Assembly: GCA_012295275.1 (NCBI GenBank)
Contig: CM022666.1
Span: 1,984,001-2,048,000 of the forward strand
Origin: Chrysomallon squamiferum
Taxonomy: Eukaryota; Animalia; Mollusca
DNA length: 64,000 bases
Direction: 5' to 3'
The stretch's first letter is position 1; each line of letters opens with the position of its first letter. This document shows, piece by piece, positions 1 through 14,872 of this stretch. A program made the position numbers and the translations under genes. Under the pieces are notes generated by a model. That model had not been told where the DNA came from, searched no databases, and saw nothing but the letters and a program-made list of their open reading frames with translations.

Positions 1-436
1 CGTACATGAAATCGAAACTAATTTTGAGTTCATTGTTGTCTGCTACATGTTTTCTGTTCATTTACGCAGCTGTAGAATGATTACTTTTAAAGGGAGTCAG
101 TCTGTAGCTACTACAATTGATTTTAATCCATATTAATTACTACCAGCAGACATCTGGTGCTTAAACGCTTTGTCTTTTTCAAAAATCAAAGTTATGTGTG
201 TGTCCACCGCTTAACGGGTAAACCTTTCACGTGTTTGCATATTAAACAGATGACCATAACAAACACAGAGAAATTCGTTTTCTATTTGCATACAGTTAAA
301 TAAGAAAGAAAAATAAATAAATATTCCATAAAATATGAAATTTCTTACGTTTCAAATTAAGTTTAAAATATAATAATTTATAATAATAATAATAATAATT
401 ATAATAATAATATAATTTATAATAATAATATTATTA

Positions 437-482
<46 letters not shown>

Positions 483-1110
483 GCTACGGAGGATGTGACA
501 ACAACGACTACGACGACAACTTAATAAATGGGAAGTCTTTGATACTTTTCACATTACTCCTTAATACGACGAGTCGATGATTACGACAACATAACAACGA
601 CGACTGCGACAACATCAACGACGACTGCGACGACACCAGATTTCTTTTCACCACGCTTCTCGACCCATTTTTCACAACTGCTACTTCAAGAACCAGTCAA
701 CAAATCTTCGCCTTCACAAATCTTTATACATTTATACATTTATTTTTTTTATTTTTTTTATTACCCCCACCCCCACCAAACTTCAAACTCAGCAGTATTA
801 ATCGTTTTGCGATTCTGTTCAGCATACACGACGTCAGCAGCTCCGTGGAAACCCGATCCACTAACTCGTGTGACGGCATCATCCGCTCTCTCTCTAATGG
901 TTCAGTTGTTTGTCTGCGACATTGATCAGCGCGTGTGGAAAAGATTCCAAAGCAGAAACGACTGTCCTCGAGAGACTGGAGCGCAGCACTGGTTATTCAT
1001 CAGTCTGCGTCCGGGGACAGGAAGTGCCGACAGCGCAGACGCCAAGTCCTACAAATGGAAGCTTGCACGTGAATAAATCACGACGCGCGATTTTTTATTC
1101 GACTGCAAGA

Positions 1111-1156
1111 TACACACACACATACATATATATATACACACACATACATACATACA

Positions 1157-1190
<34 letters not shown>

Positions 1191-1427
1191 CATATATATA
1201 CATACATACATACATACATACATACACATACACATACATACACACATACATACATACACACACATACATATATATATACACATACATAGATACATAGTCA
1301 TATACATAGATACATGCATACATACATAAATACATACATATACATACATATATACATACATACATACATACATACACACATACATACATACACACATACA
1401 TACATACACACATAAACACACATACAT
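1111..1427. repeat. Compound (ATAC)n/(AC)n/(AT)n microsatellite
   Basis: Read directly from the sequence. Confidence 0.95.
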
Positions 1428-1691
1428 AGGCCTGCAGTACAAATAAGTGTGTGCACGCATTCATACAGTTATATCATATATGAATATATGTGCAAAAGTA
1501 AAATACTGATGATAATGACGATTACGTATTTGTTTCCGTGGAGACATACTTTAAATTTTCTTAAATACTCTTCCTTTTCTATCAGTAACGCTTACATTAA
1601 AATTTCTGAATAAATTATGTTAATTAATTTGTAATAAGCGAAATTTATAATTACAAAAACAGAGAAACGAACTGAAGTTAAAATAAAATAA

Positions 1692-1738
<47 letters not shown>

Positions 1739-2152
1739 AAATAAATAAATAAAAAAAAAAATAATTTAAAAAAAAAATAAAAAAATAAATAAAAAAAGTA
1801 TTCAAGGATTTCGAAGTGGCATTCATTGCTCTCAGTTCCATTATTACGATCATTAATCCAGTCACTAAAGGATTTGTATACGTTGCTAAGCAACTGAAGC
1901 AGTCTGTACAAAAATCTGGCGACAAATAATCTATGTAAGGGTTTGTTTCCGTTCCAGTGAATGACCGTATGAAACTTTTATTCTAAAAAAATGTTTTAAT
2001 CATTTCTGTTTCCTTCTTTCGTCAATTTTTAAAAATATTTTCAATTTTTTTTTAGAGTTGCTGTAAAGGTATCGACATTAAGTAGATTTATATCTCTTGT
2101 CATGTTTTATGTGAAAACAAACATCTGTTTTTCTCTTTTATTTATTTTTTAT

Positions 2153-2238
<86 letters not shown>

Positions 2239-2798
2239 CGCTTTCTGTATATATGTGTCAGTGACTATCTGTTGTCCATCTGTCAGTGTATCTGACGTAA
2301 AATAAAAGGATAGCAGCTAAGAAGATTTGAACTCAGTACCTCTCACTTACGGACAAACACTTCTGTCTCAAACTTCACACAAGCACTCTGTCACATGTAT
2401 ATTCATTGCTTTCCTAATTAAAGAAATTAATGTCTGACGCATGCCTGCTTCGAGATTTATTTATTTCAAACAAACACACTGGGTCTAATTTGCGAGTTTA
2501 CATTTAGCCGTCCGACAGTTTAGACCGTCTTCGTAATACGCGAATCCGAGTCCTTCGGCATGACGACGGAGAATCCCGAATGACACGCAGTGAAAATCCG
2601 ATAATTCCGCGTGGTATATTACTTTCACGAGTGTTTTCTCGCCAAACACATTAAACTCTCAAATTTTCGTTTGTTGTTTGATCCAATAAAATGTCCCAAC
2701 ACTTCCGCGGGCGTCAGCAGCATTTTCGAGATTATCGACTGGTAGGTCCTGTAATGACAAGGCATCAATCATGATCTAAAAAAAAATTTCCTGTAATA

Positions 2799-2830
<32 letters not shown>

Positions 2831-3661
2831 ATATATAAAAAAAATACCCAAGTTCTTGTCTTTTCGACAGCTTCAGAAACCGATTTATTTAATGGCTGGC
2901 TGTTTCACGGAAGTAGATGGCGTTAAGTAAATACCCAGAAGTCTTTTCGTTACGTGTCGGAACCGGAAGTAAAGGAAATACGATGGTGCGCTGATGAAGA
3001 TGGAGTAACTGTGAACAGATAAAAATAAAATTAAAATACATTTAAAAATAAAATTAAAAATACAAAATAAAAATAAATAAACAGCATAGGAAAACAAAAG
3101 ATAAATTAGGAAAAAAATAAAACAAACACGAAAAAGAGAAAAAAAAAAACAAATTCCGGTGCACATATTTATTTTAAATTTCCTAGCGCATTTAAGTGGA
3201 AAAAGAGAGTTTAACGAACTGAAATAACATGTATACATATATACACATATAAATACATTCAGACAGACAGACAGACAGACAGAGAGACACAGAATTGGAT
3301 GTGTGGTCGAACCTTAGTGATTGAATAACATATACATTCTTGATTATAATCTATATTCGTTTTAATTAAACTTATATGAAAAACATAGACATATATATAT
3401 ATATATATATATATACATACGAGTATATTTAATAATTGTGTACAAATGAATACCTGCTGAACACTGGCTATTAATTAAGGGAAATAGTCTTTAAAAGCCT
3501 ATGATATTGTCTGTTATATCGAACCAGCCGTGACGCCTGTAGAGTTGTGACGTCACAGCAGTATGAAAAAATCTTTATCCTACAGGCATCATATTCGACA
3601 TTACCCATTATGTTAGTCTGTAACAATAAATAAAGTAGTAGGACGTAAGTATGTATATAAT

Positions 3662-3779
<118 letters not shown>

Positions 3780-4399
3780 CCGATTTTTACATTTCGTAAA
3801 AGTTACACGAATAGTACGTTTAAAAATATGTTTATTTGACATTGCTATGTAAACAGACGTTTCTGTTCAATAAATGACACACATTCTGAAACTTATTAAC
3901 GGTAACAGACTTTCCTGAGTTGGAGCTTCAAAGATGTAATTTTCTGTTGAAATTATTTTTAAGGGTGGATCCATAATGCGTTTTGATTGCTATTTGTGTA
4001 AACTTCAAGCTTAAAACAGTTTCATGTTGTATAATTGAATGCTCTCGCTGTTGTTGTTTTGTTTGTTGCTAGGTGAGGTTTTTTAGATCTTGGTTTGTAC
4101 ATACTACTGCTACTACTACTATTACTTCAACTGCTACTACCATTTTCTTCATTACATATCTTCATTACCTCACAACAAGTTCATGAAAGTATGATCAGGA
4201 ATTACGTATACGAAACATAAGCTGAAATGGAAACTCAGGAACTATCATCATCTTTCTAATTACCTCTAGTAATTGGTTTAACCTTTATAATGTAATCAAT
4301 TTATTTCACAAAGCATCCAAAATCTGCCATATTCCTGTGCAATGAATTATCTGAACAATCAAATATCTCCCTGTTTTATTTTCGGCTCTCGCCTAATCC

Positions 4400-4445
4400 G
4401 CCATTGACAATTATGTCAATGCGCGCCAAAATGGCGCATGCGCAA
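4400..4445. promoter_or_regulatory. Candidate promoter/enhancer core with overlapping YY1-like and NRF1-like motifs
   Basis: CAAAATGGCG (4427-4436) overlaps GCGCATGCGC (4434-4443) within a CpG-rich, repeat-free island. Confidence 0.4.
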
Positions 4446-5064
4446 TTAGTCATCCGCTGTGAACATTAATGGAAGAATTAAGCCCCGTAATTTGACGGCG
4501 AACGTAGATGTGATGTCAGATTCGGCGTCCTGTAATTCGGGGTTACGTGAAAACAGTGTTATTTCCAAATTACCGGGATTAGTCAGAACTTCGTAGTCAT
4601 TCGAGTGGACGAATTTATTTCGCAATAAGACCATTTATTGTTATGTAACGAACTGAATTGCCGTGGTACGAAGGTCCAGTAATATATATCATATTGTTTT
4701 TGTTTTGTTTTTTTTTGTTTTTTTAACGTTAAGTTTTACGAGAGTAGAATGAAGGAAGATGAAGTTTGTGACATGAAGGTCAAAAAAGCCAAGTCTCAGT
4801 CTTTGTAAAATTTGATTTGTAGATTTGTTAACCTTAAAAGCGATTTCGTCTTCATCGTAATTGTCGTTATCAGCTGTTTCTTCTTATCATTGTCGTAACC
4901 ATTGTTGTTATTATTATTATTATTATTTTCGTTGTTGTTATTATTTTGCTGCTGCTGCTGTTGCTCTTTGTTATCAAGATGATCATCAGCTGTATTATCA
5001 TAATCTTCATCTCTGATCAGCATCATCTTCATCATCATCATTATTACTAGATTTATTACTGTTA

Positions 5065-5102
<38 letters not shown>

Positions 5103-5930
5103 GTTGTTGTTGTTGTTGTTGTTGTTGTTGTTATTGTTATTGCTGCTGCTATCCTTTGGGTGTATCATGATGATCATCATCTTCATTATTATCATCATTT
5201 TAATCTCAGATCATCATCTTCATTAAAATTAATATTATTATTATTATTGTTGTTGTTACTGTTGCTGTTGCTGCTGCTGCTGGTGTTGCTTTGTCCTTGC
5301 TCTTGTTGTCATCACTATTATCTTCACATTCAACCCACTGGTCAGTTCTCTATCTACTTTTTGTAAATCGTCAAAGTAGCAGATCTCCCCCGACTACATC
5401 AAGTCTGCCGTCGTCTGTCAGTCGTTTAGAAACAAAAAACTTCTCCCATTTCACTCTTTGTCTCAAGTTCATACTCCTCAGACGCAGATAATCGCATTCC
5501 TTATTAAACCAAGAGAGAAGATTTGTTTGTTTGGTTTTTTTGAGGAAAAGAAAAAAAAAAAATGTCTTTGATAGTTTTTCGTAAGTCTGATCCGCTTATT
5601 ATCAAATTTCTGTGTGGAGGTTTTAGTGCTGAACATTTTTGAAAAATAGTTTTATGGGGAAAATTATTTTCTTTTCAGTTTCTGCTTTTGTGAGAAAGGT
5701 CCAAATTTGTGATTCGCTCGAATGCCAGAGGCAATGGAACTGTATTGTGAGAAATGTTGCACAGACTGAAATGCCGTAAAATTGTTTTTCAAAATACGAT
5801 CCATAAGAATAAATATTGAATAGAATTTTATGTTTCAGCTGTGCAGCACATACATTTATTATTATTATTGTTGTTGTTGTTATTGTTATTATTATTATTA
5901 TTATTATTGTTGTTATTATTATTATTGTTA

Positions 5931-5965
<35 letters not shown>

Positions 5966-7267
5966 GTTATTATTAGTAGTAGTAGTGTTAGTATTATTAT
6001 TATAAAACATTCTTCTGAAGTCTGTGACGAAATTCGATCCCTCTGACCACCACTCCAAAGCTTAACCTCTTTCGCTGGCTTGTTACAGATTTATATCAAT
6101 AACAATTGATGGTGTCCAAATGTGAGGCACAATTCTGGTTCGTTTCAGTCGTGTGACAGAAAATATAATTATTTTGCTGATTATCACTTACCGTCATCAA
6201 GTGCTTTACGAAGAATCCCGAACGCGAGCCAATGAGAATCATACCTGGGATGAATGTCATCAGAGCGTGATTGAGTTTGTCCAATACATGTCGTCTGCTG
6301 GTAACAATCGGGCTTGATGAGGGGAAATGGACGAGCCCTAGACTTGCTCCGATCTATTTTGAAAATAAAATAAAATAATAATAATAATAATAATACGTAG
6401 ACTGAAATTTATTACTTCCACTATCCCTTATACGATATTTATTTATTTATTATTTATTTATTTGCAGCTTTATGGGACAGCTAAAAGACTTTTTTTTAAA
6501 TATATATATAAATGAATGGTTGGGTCATAGACTTGATTCTGAGCACTTTCCATGCAAGAAACTTTGGAACTGAGCTCTGTCGCTTACTAACTTACTTCCA
6601 TGACGTGAAAACGTAGATTTAGGTTTTTACTGCAGTATTCACTCGAAAGCTAAAACATAAATAAATAAATAAATAAATAAACTCAAGCCTGAGAGTTACT
6701 CAATGATGAGTAACAGAAAAATAAGACTCATTTGTGGTTTGAATGTTAACCGCGTCCAATTCATGGAGTTTGAATTTATATTGCAACATTTAAATAATAC
6801 CTTTTTAGATAATAACCATTTTAAAGACACGGGCAATAACAATAATAAAACAAATAATAATAATAATAATAAACATCATCATCAACATCATCAACGTCAT
6901 GACTACCACAAATAAATCAGGCTCCAGTCTAGGTGACTCCGGCAGACATTACGGCTGGGTCGCAGGACGAATTGTGTTTCGTGGCGCCCTCTACAGCAGC
7001 CAAACTGGAGTCCAGAAGCTGAAGAGGTTTTTAGCAAATTTAATTACGGAAGACCGTGTCGGCAATAATGCGTTGACAAATGAAAAACGAAGTTGTCGGG
7101 GTTAGACTTTTGTCAAAACTCGGCGGGCTTATTAATGTAATAAGGTTTTTCCTCGATTCACGTCTGAAACAGATCTCGGTCTGTCGCGATAGGGGAGACA
7201 TTTTTAGAAATTTGTTGCAGTTTGTTTATATTATCCCAGAACAGGGGTGATTGATGTAGTCAGCTGA

Positions 7268-7307
<40 letters not shown>

Positions 7308-8186
7308 AGAAATTAACTTATCTGACTTTAAGTCCGGGGTAGGAAAAATAAAAAAAATGCAAGACGTGAGAGAGAGTATTTTGAGTTATATTGTAAACCT
7401 ACTAACGCTGATAGTGTTTTTTTTATTTCATGCTGTGTTGTCCGTAGATATATCCAGTTTTAATATATCCAGTGTCTTCGTAGGTCCATCTACAGAACAC
7501 AACCCATATAAAAAAAAAAAAAAAAAAAAATCCAACTACAACAACAACAACAATAATAATAATAATAATAAAAGGCAAAAAAAAAAAAAAAAAAAAAAAT
7601 TAACAGCATTCAAAAAATAAACATTAAAAAAGCATTTATAAGCAATGTACGTCGCAACTGCTTGTCAAATCTCGCGATGTCCATCAATCTCGCGTGATTT
7701 CGGTCTCGATCTCATTTTCGCCACGGTTCCATTTGATAAGGAACATCGACACCAAAGCATCGGCTTACCTAAATCCTCCCAATGATTTATCAACGCCTAG
7801 AAAATAAAGGAAAAAAATATGCATCACTGCAAGATTGATGGGTACTCTATACATGTAGCTGAAAGCCATTAACTATGTTAAAGCTTGTGGAAAGATTTGA
7901 TTAAATCTTTCTCCGTCCGAACACGTTACACGGGTCTGACGAGTTATCGACAATACCTGATGTCGGAACGAATTCCGATTACAGTTGCGATGATTTGTAT
8001 TAAGTGGGAATCAAAACTGATGACGTGTTATGTTAATCGTCTCCATGAACTATGTGTAATTATTTACGAATATGTAGAAGTTGGGGAATGTTAATAAAAT
8101 AAATGTAGTTTCTTTTTGTCGAAGTGTTGTAGTTATAATTCTTTCGATCGAACAGAGTGGTATAATATAATCGATAGGTAGGTATA

Positions 8187-8229
<43 letters not shown>

Positions 8230-8314
8230 ATATATCATTATTATTATTATTCTTTTTATTATTATTATTACTATTATTATTATTGTTTATACATTACATT
8301 CTTCTTATTCTTCC

Positions 8315-8378
<64 letters not shown>

Positions 8379-8456
8379 GATTACTATTATTATTATATTT
8401 TATTTGTTATTACTATTCTTATTAATATTTATATTAGTATTATTATATTTTTAATA

Positions 8457-8626
8457 TATTGCAATTCGTGAATCTCGTGACAAAATAATAAAATTAAATT
8501 TTACTACGCAAATATTTTTTGTCTAGGATCCGAGACAAAAAATATTTGCGTGGTAAACTTTTATTTTATTATTTTTTCTTCACGATCCTTGAAAAAATGT
8601 ACAGAAGAGATTCACGGTTTGCAATA
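8457..8626. mobile_element. Palindromic foldback / MITE-like element
   Basis: Outer inverted repeats tattgcaattcgtgaatctc / gagattcacggtttgcaata match at 18 of 20. Inner arms tttactacgcaaatattttttgtct / agacaaaaaatatttgcgtggtaaa flank an 8-nt centre (aggatccg). Confidence 0.6.
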
Positions 8627-8794
8627 AATTATATTTTCCACTGTAACTATAACGATTAAGGTTCAGAAATTGAAAAGGAAATTCTGTTAATGAGTGAAAC
8701 ATTTTTTTGTTTTGTTCAAGTTTTTTTTCTTCTTTCAAAAGATAAAGGCGAAAATTTTCCTTTTGTTAGCATGAACTTCTTCTTCTTCCTCTTA

Positions 8795-8802
8795 TGATTA
8801 TG

Positions 8803-8901
<99 letters not shown>

Positions 8902-8902
8902 G
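8795..8902. repeat. (ATT)n microsatellite
   Basis: Read directly from the sequence. Confidence 0.95.
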
Positions 8903-9619
8903 GTAGTAGCAGTAGTAGCAATGTTGTTGTTTTGCTGCTAATATAGTATGTCTCATTCTATGTATCTCCTCTGATTTTCTCTCTTGTTCTTGTTATTACT
9001 GTTGTTGTTGTTGTTGTTGTTATTATTATTATTATTATTATTACTGTTATTGTAGTTGTTTTACTACAATATACATTTTGTGTCTCATTCTGCGTATATC
9101 CTATGTCTTTTTCTATTATTATTGTTATTATTATTGTTATTATTGTTGTTATTATTGTTATTCTTCTTCTTCTTCTTCTTCTTCTTGTTGATGTTGTTTT
9201 GCTGCTAAAACCACCACTGCAATGTGTACATGTCTCTGTTTATACATCTGTGTAATAAGGAATACATTTTATTTTATAAATATTTGCTCTCCAGCTTGGA
9301 CTACATTATTCTCACGCTAGAGCTAGTTCCAGACACGCAATATGTCGTGTACATACAAAAAAAAAATCGTTACAAGTTTGTGTTTCGAATTTTCTAGCAG
9401 ACGGTGAATTCTAACTGTGTTGAGTTCTAGAAAGAGAGAGATTGTAAACTAATATTTTCAAACGTGAATTCTGGATTATCAGACATGTTTTACTGATATC
9501 TAGACAGAAACGACTGGACAGTGGTCGGTCTGTAATTAGTACGTACAAATCTTCGTCCTTCCTATACACCTTGTTGGACTATGTGTCCATTTAATTGAAC
9601 GAATGATTTTGTTAATAAT

Positions 9620-9705
<86 letters not shown>

Positions 9706-10175
9706 CCTCCCTCCCTCCCTCTGACTCATTCTACCTATCTATATCAATTTATCTATCTCACTGCTATATTTGTCTTTGTTATTACATCACTAACAATTAC
9801 GCACGGTATTCTACCATCATCAAGAAATTACACAGACCATTTCCCAACTTCACATCAAACACAACAAAAAAAAAAAAAATAAAAATAAATAACAGACTAA
9901 ATGAAATAAAAGATAACACACCTGCAAATATCAGGAATCGATCACGCAAACACTTGCGTAAATGAAATCTCGCGAGCAGAAAGCGCTTAATTCACCGCGT
10001 ATTATTATTATTACAGGTGAACGTGTACTTTTCATCAGATAATAAAAATCGCGACTGCCGTGATTGAAACTGACACTCTGTCTGTCCACACACGACGGTG
10101 TCGGACAATGGTCAGCTGGAACTGTCTGTGATTGGTCAACAAACAAATGACATCGATTTCTGTCTTCTGTCCCAG

Positions 10176-10211
<36 letters not shown>

Positions 10212-10554
10212 CGTTTACCTGGCGAATGAATATGCCGAGCTGCAGTCGATTGCAGACATTAAAAGAGAAATGTGATCGCGAGGAAATGTTCCCTGTGAAA
10301 TGTTTTCAGTGTATTTTTCTGGTTATTTCAGATCGGGTTGCAGTCCAGCGTGAGTCGCGATATGAACGGGAATTTAACGCTGAAACGGATATAGCTTCGA
10401 GACAGAGAGACGCGGAGACACAGTTTACACAAGTTTCAGATACTCTCTCAGCAGGAGGTGTATCCTGGGAAATAAATAAATATATTAATAAGAAGAAAGA
10501 AAGAAAGTAGTTTGGGGTTAGGGGAAAGAGGTGTTAATCTCGTTTGTGTTTTAA

Positions 10555-10643
<89 letters not shown>

Positions 10644-11653
10644 CTCTTTCTCTCTCTCTCTGTCTCTCTCTGTCTGTCTCTCTCTCTCTATCTATGTGTA
10701 TGTGTATTAATATATATATATATATGAGTGTGTATGCGTGCATATCTGTTTCTCTGTCTCTGTATTTCTCAATACTCTTATACTCATTAATCTATTTCCG
10801 AATCCTTGCATCATATTTTCTGACTATATCTGAATATTCATTAATCTACGTGCACGTTTTCACGTACGTGAGTTCAATGCTTTGTACATCATTTAACCGC
10901 CAACAAAAAAATAATAAAAAAATAAAATAAAATACCGGAAAAGACAGAAAGAAAGAAAAAAAACGAAAAAACCCAGGATCATTCATTCTATTCAAATAAA
11001 TTTTCCTTAAAGTTGACTCAGATTTCAAAATGTGAAAATTATGCTGCATTCCAGACCCACCCAAACACGAGGTCCCAAACATCTCAAACTCCATTGAAAA
11101 TTATGCAGACATTTTCAAAAGATGTCGTAAACTAATAAATAGAAAATAAAGAATCTTTTCAGAAAGTGAAAATAAATCTTTTTTTTTTTTTTTTTGAATT
11201 ATTATCAGCTGCAGCCGTTTTTCCTTCCCCACCTCCCCGAAATACCGTTTCCATGGCAACAAATCGGTTGAGGGTGCGACGGGTTTTTGAGTCAAAAGGG
11301 GGAAGGTTCGGTGAAAAGAAATAATTTGCATTTTATTTAATAACATCCGCTGTTGTGTTTGTTATTCAGTGAAAAAAATAAAAAAAAAAACATTTGAGTG
11401 TCTACAAAAATAACATCTGTTATTCTGTCTTTGTGAGAGAGAGAAAAAAAGAGGGAGAGGCATAGGTGTGAGAAATTGAACTTTATTATTACTACGATTA
11501 CGTCCACCTCCACCACCACCACCACCACCACCACCACCACTACTACTACTACTACTATTACTACTGCTGCTGCTACTATTACCTGTATTACCTCTTTTAC
11601 TAATACCATTATTACTATTAATATTATTATTATTGACCCTAAAACTGTAGATC

Positions 11654-11696
<43 letters not shown>

Positions 11697-14600
11697 ACTG
11701 AAGGACTATGGAATAATTATTACATCTCGTTTATTTTCATTACATATGACTTTCTGTTACCAAGTATAAAAATATAACATAAGTTTATATAAATTAAGAA
11801 TAATGTATTTCAACAGATAGTGACATTCAAAAAAATGTAATATACTTCTTAATATTGTCTAATACAGAGCTGTATCTTAATATTATTAGTTTTACTGTAA
11901 ACATAGATTGATGTTCGTGTGCATGTAGAATTATTAATGTCCATATGTATGTATGTACACACATACACACAAACACACGCGCTCACACTAACACACACAC
12001 ACACAGACACACACACACACACACACACACACAAATACATTCTCGCGCGCCACTACGTTACATTAAACTCCATACTTGCGTGCGTGCAGCAAATTTGCCT
12101 TCACGGACGACGACAAACGTATTTATCAAATAACAAATCAGCACATTTCATTACTCCATTCTCCTGCAAACGTTACTTAGCCATTAAACTGTTTTTCATT
12201 TGCATACACAGCCCAGATAAACTGCAGACACACGTTTATTAACCTTTTTTTCTTCGCTTTGATTAATCCGCAGATTAAACGGCGTATTCACCTGAGAATT
12301 ATGATGAAAAGAATCACCTGTAATACTCGGAGAAATCCATTCGTGCTGGATATGTAATTTGTTAAATGGATAAAGAACTGTACCTGTCTGTCTGTCTGTC
12401 TGTTTCGCGAACTAACTAAACGTTAGTTTCGTTGTCAGGTGCGCAACGACCAAATTAATATGATGAAATCGATCGATGCGTTTTAATCAGCGAGGTAAAT
12501 GGAATTGACATGTTTAACGGTTTATCTGGTGGAAAATGACAATGTTCAGCAAAACTTGATAATAACAGTAAAAATAATAATAATAATGTGGGTTTTTAAA
12601 AAAAAAATATTATGAATAATGAAACTGATGTAATATTAGTGAAGGTATGTGTTGATAAGGATTAAGAATTTTATTTTTGTAATTTGATAAAAATGAACAT
12701 ATAAAGATGGAAAAAGAAATATAAATATATATATATATATTAAAATTCTAAAATAATGATACTAATTTTAAATAATTAAAGAGTAATTGACGTAATATTG
12801 ACGTGATAAAGGTTATTAATTCTATAATCAATTATAGATTAAAATCAAAATCTGTTTATTTCAAATAATACTTTATCTTATTATTGTGATAAGATTAAAA
12901 TGTACGAAAGGAAAAATAGATATCTCTTTTTAATCTTTTGTGACGAAAATGGTTTTGAAAAAAAAAACGAGAGAAGGAAAGAAGAATGAAAGAAGAAAAT
13001 AAGAGAACGAATAAATAAAAAAAATGGACGAAATAAACAGGATGAAAAGAAATAAAATAATATGAATGAATCTGAAAGCAGAAAAGAATTAACATTCAGA
13101 AATAAATGAAAAAAGAAGAGACCACAAAAGAAAAATGAAAGGATGAAAGAAAAAGGAAAGTAAGAAGGAACGATATAAGAAAGGAAATAAAGAAATTTAA
13201 AAACAGAAAGAAATAAAGAAAGAATAAAAGGAAGGAAGGAAGGAAGGAAGAAACACAGAAAGAAAGAGAAAAATGAAGAAAGAAAGGAAGAAACAAACAA
13301 ACAAACAAAGTATAAAAAATGAAGAAAAGAGAACAAAATATGGAAAAAATCTTTAAAAAATGAAATGAATAACGAAATAATTTACAGAAAAAAAAATGTA
13401 ATAATGAAAAATAGCACTTAAAAATAAAGATAAAAATATAAAAAAAAAAAAATAAAAATGAAAGAAAATAAAAAGAAGAAAAATCTAAAAAAAAGAAAAA
13501 AAAGTTTCCGATGACAAGATATATGTGAGAAATCTGAAAGCTTCCTGTCGTTTCGAATTTCACAGCTATCAATATAAATAATACAACATTTAAAAAAAAA
13601 CAAAAAAAACCAACATTATATTTTTTTTTATCATCGACCATTCAACTCCCTTGAGATCTAAAGAAAAATGTTTTTAGAATAAAACGGAAATGTAACCGCG
13701 GAAAAAAAAAAACAAAAAAAAAAATATGAAATAGGAGAAAGAAAAAAAATTAACAAAGCTTATCCAAGAGAATTAATTATTATGATAAAATAGTTCATAT
13801 TTTACTGAACCAGATTATTACATCCTACGCAAAACTGTGCCGTTCCAGTTTATGTTGTGATTAAGTACTAATGGACTGTATTGTACATCTTCCATACTGC
13901 TTTATTGTTGGTTACGTTTTATTTTATGTCACGTCGGAGCAAATTTCTCCAGGCTGCTTTGTCTTTCTAGCTCTTAGCAATTATCACGGCAAGCAATACA
14001 GAAACATGTTCCACATCGTAAAATTCATTATCTACAACAAATTTATATATATATCATTAATATATAACCAGTTAATAAATTTATGTAGAAGTTGTAATTG
14101 TGGTGGTGATGGTAGTAGTTGTAGTAATAGTAGATGATGGCAATAATAGATTTGTGGTTCTGTTTGTATTAATAGGAGTAGTAGTAGTAGTAGTAGTAGT
14201 AGTAGAAGTGGTAGTTGCAGTATGAATATTAGAATAATAGTACTGCAGCATTAGTAGTAATGATAGTAATAGTAGCAGCAGCAGTAGTAGTAGACATAAA
14301 GGTAGCTGTAGTAGTAGTAGTAGAAGTAGTATGAGTAGTAATATATTAGAAGTATTAACTGGCTTCCACATGAAAACAAAACCGTTATTTTCTGCAATAT
14401 AAAACAATTATTCCTGTCTTCAATTCTATGGAAGCAAAATTGGCAGATATACTAATAGTGTAATTTAAAAAACAACAACAAAAAAAGTGAACGTTACACA
14501 AAAAAAGCAATTGAATCACACTGCACAAGCACAGAAAAATACAACGTACTGGATCACAGCTGTAAGTTTTGTATGATTATTCTGAGTTCGGTACAGTTAG

Positions 14601-14872
14601 TGTCTTTTCCTCCACAAAACTGTCATCACATAAATTTTAATGTATTAATACTCTCGCGTTTCGCCTTGTCACATAAAAGAAAACTAATGTCAAAGATCAA
14701 AGAATTCAGTGTACAGTACGACACGGGACTAAGTACGAGAAGAAAACGACAACTTAATACGACAGTTAAACTCAAACAGTATGCCGTGTCAGTGCACGAT
14801 ATAAAACACAGATTAAATCTTATACCACACACTACACAGACAATATGTATATAATATATGAGTCCGCGTCAA

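Noticed and set aside
10226-10510. 94-aa ORF with a non-repetitive look
   Set aside because: No recognisable motif or codon bias and no linked exons; it could be UTR or regulatory but cannot be supported as a CDS.
12881-13641. Phe/Leu-rich 'membrane protein' ORFs (also 55017..55382, 56061..56621, 22905..23735)
   Set aside because: These come from low-complexity purine/pyrimidine tracts and microsatellites.
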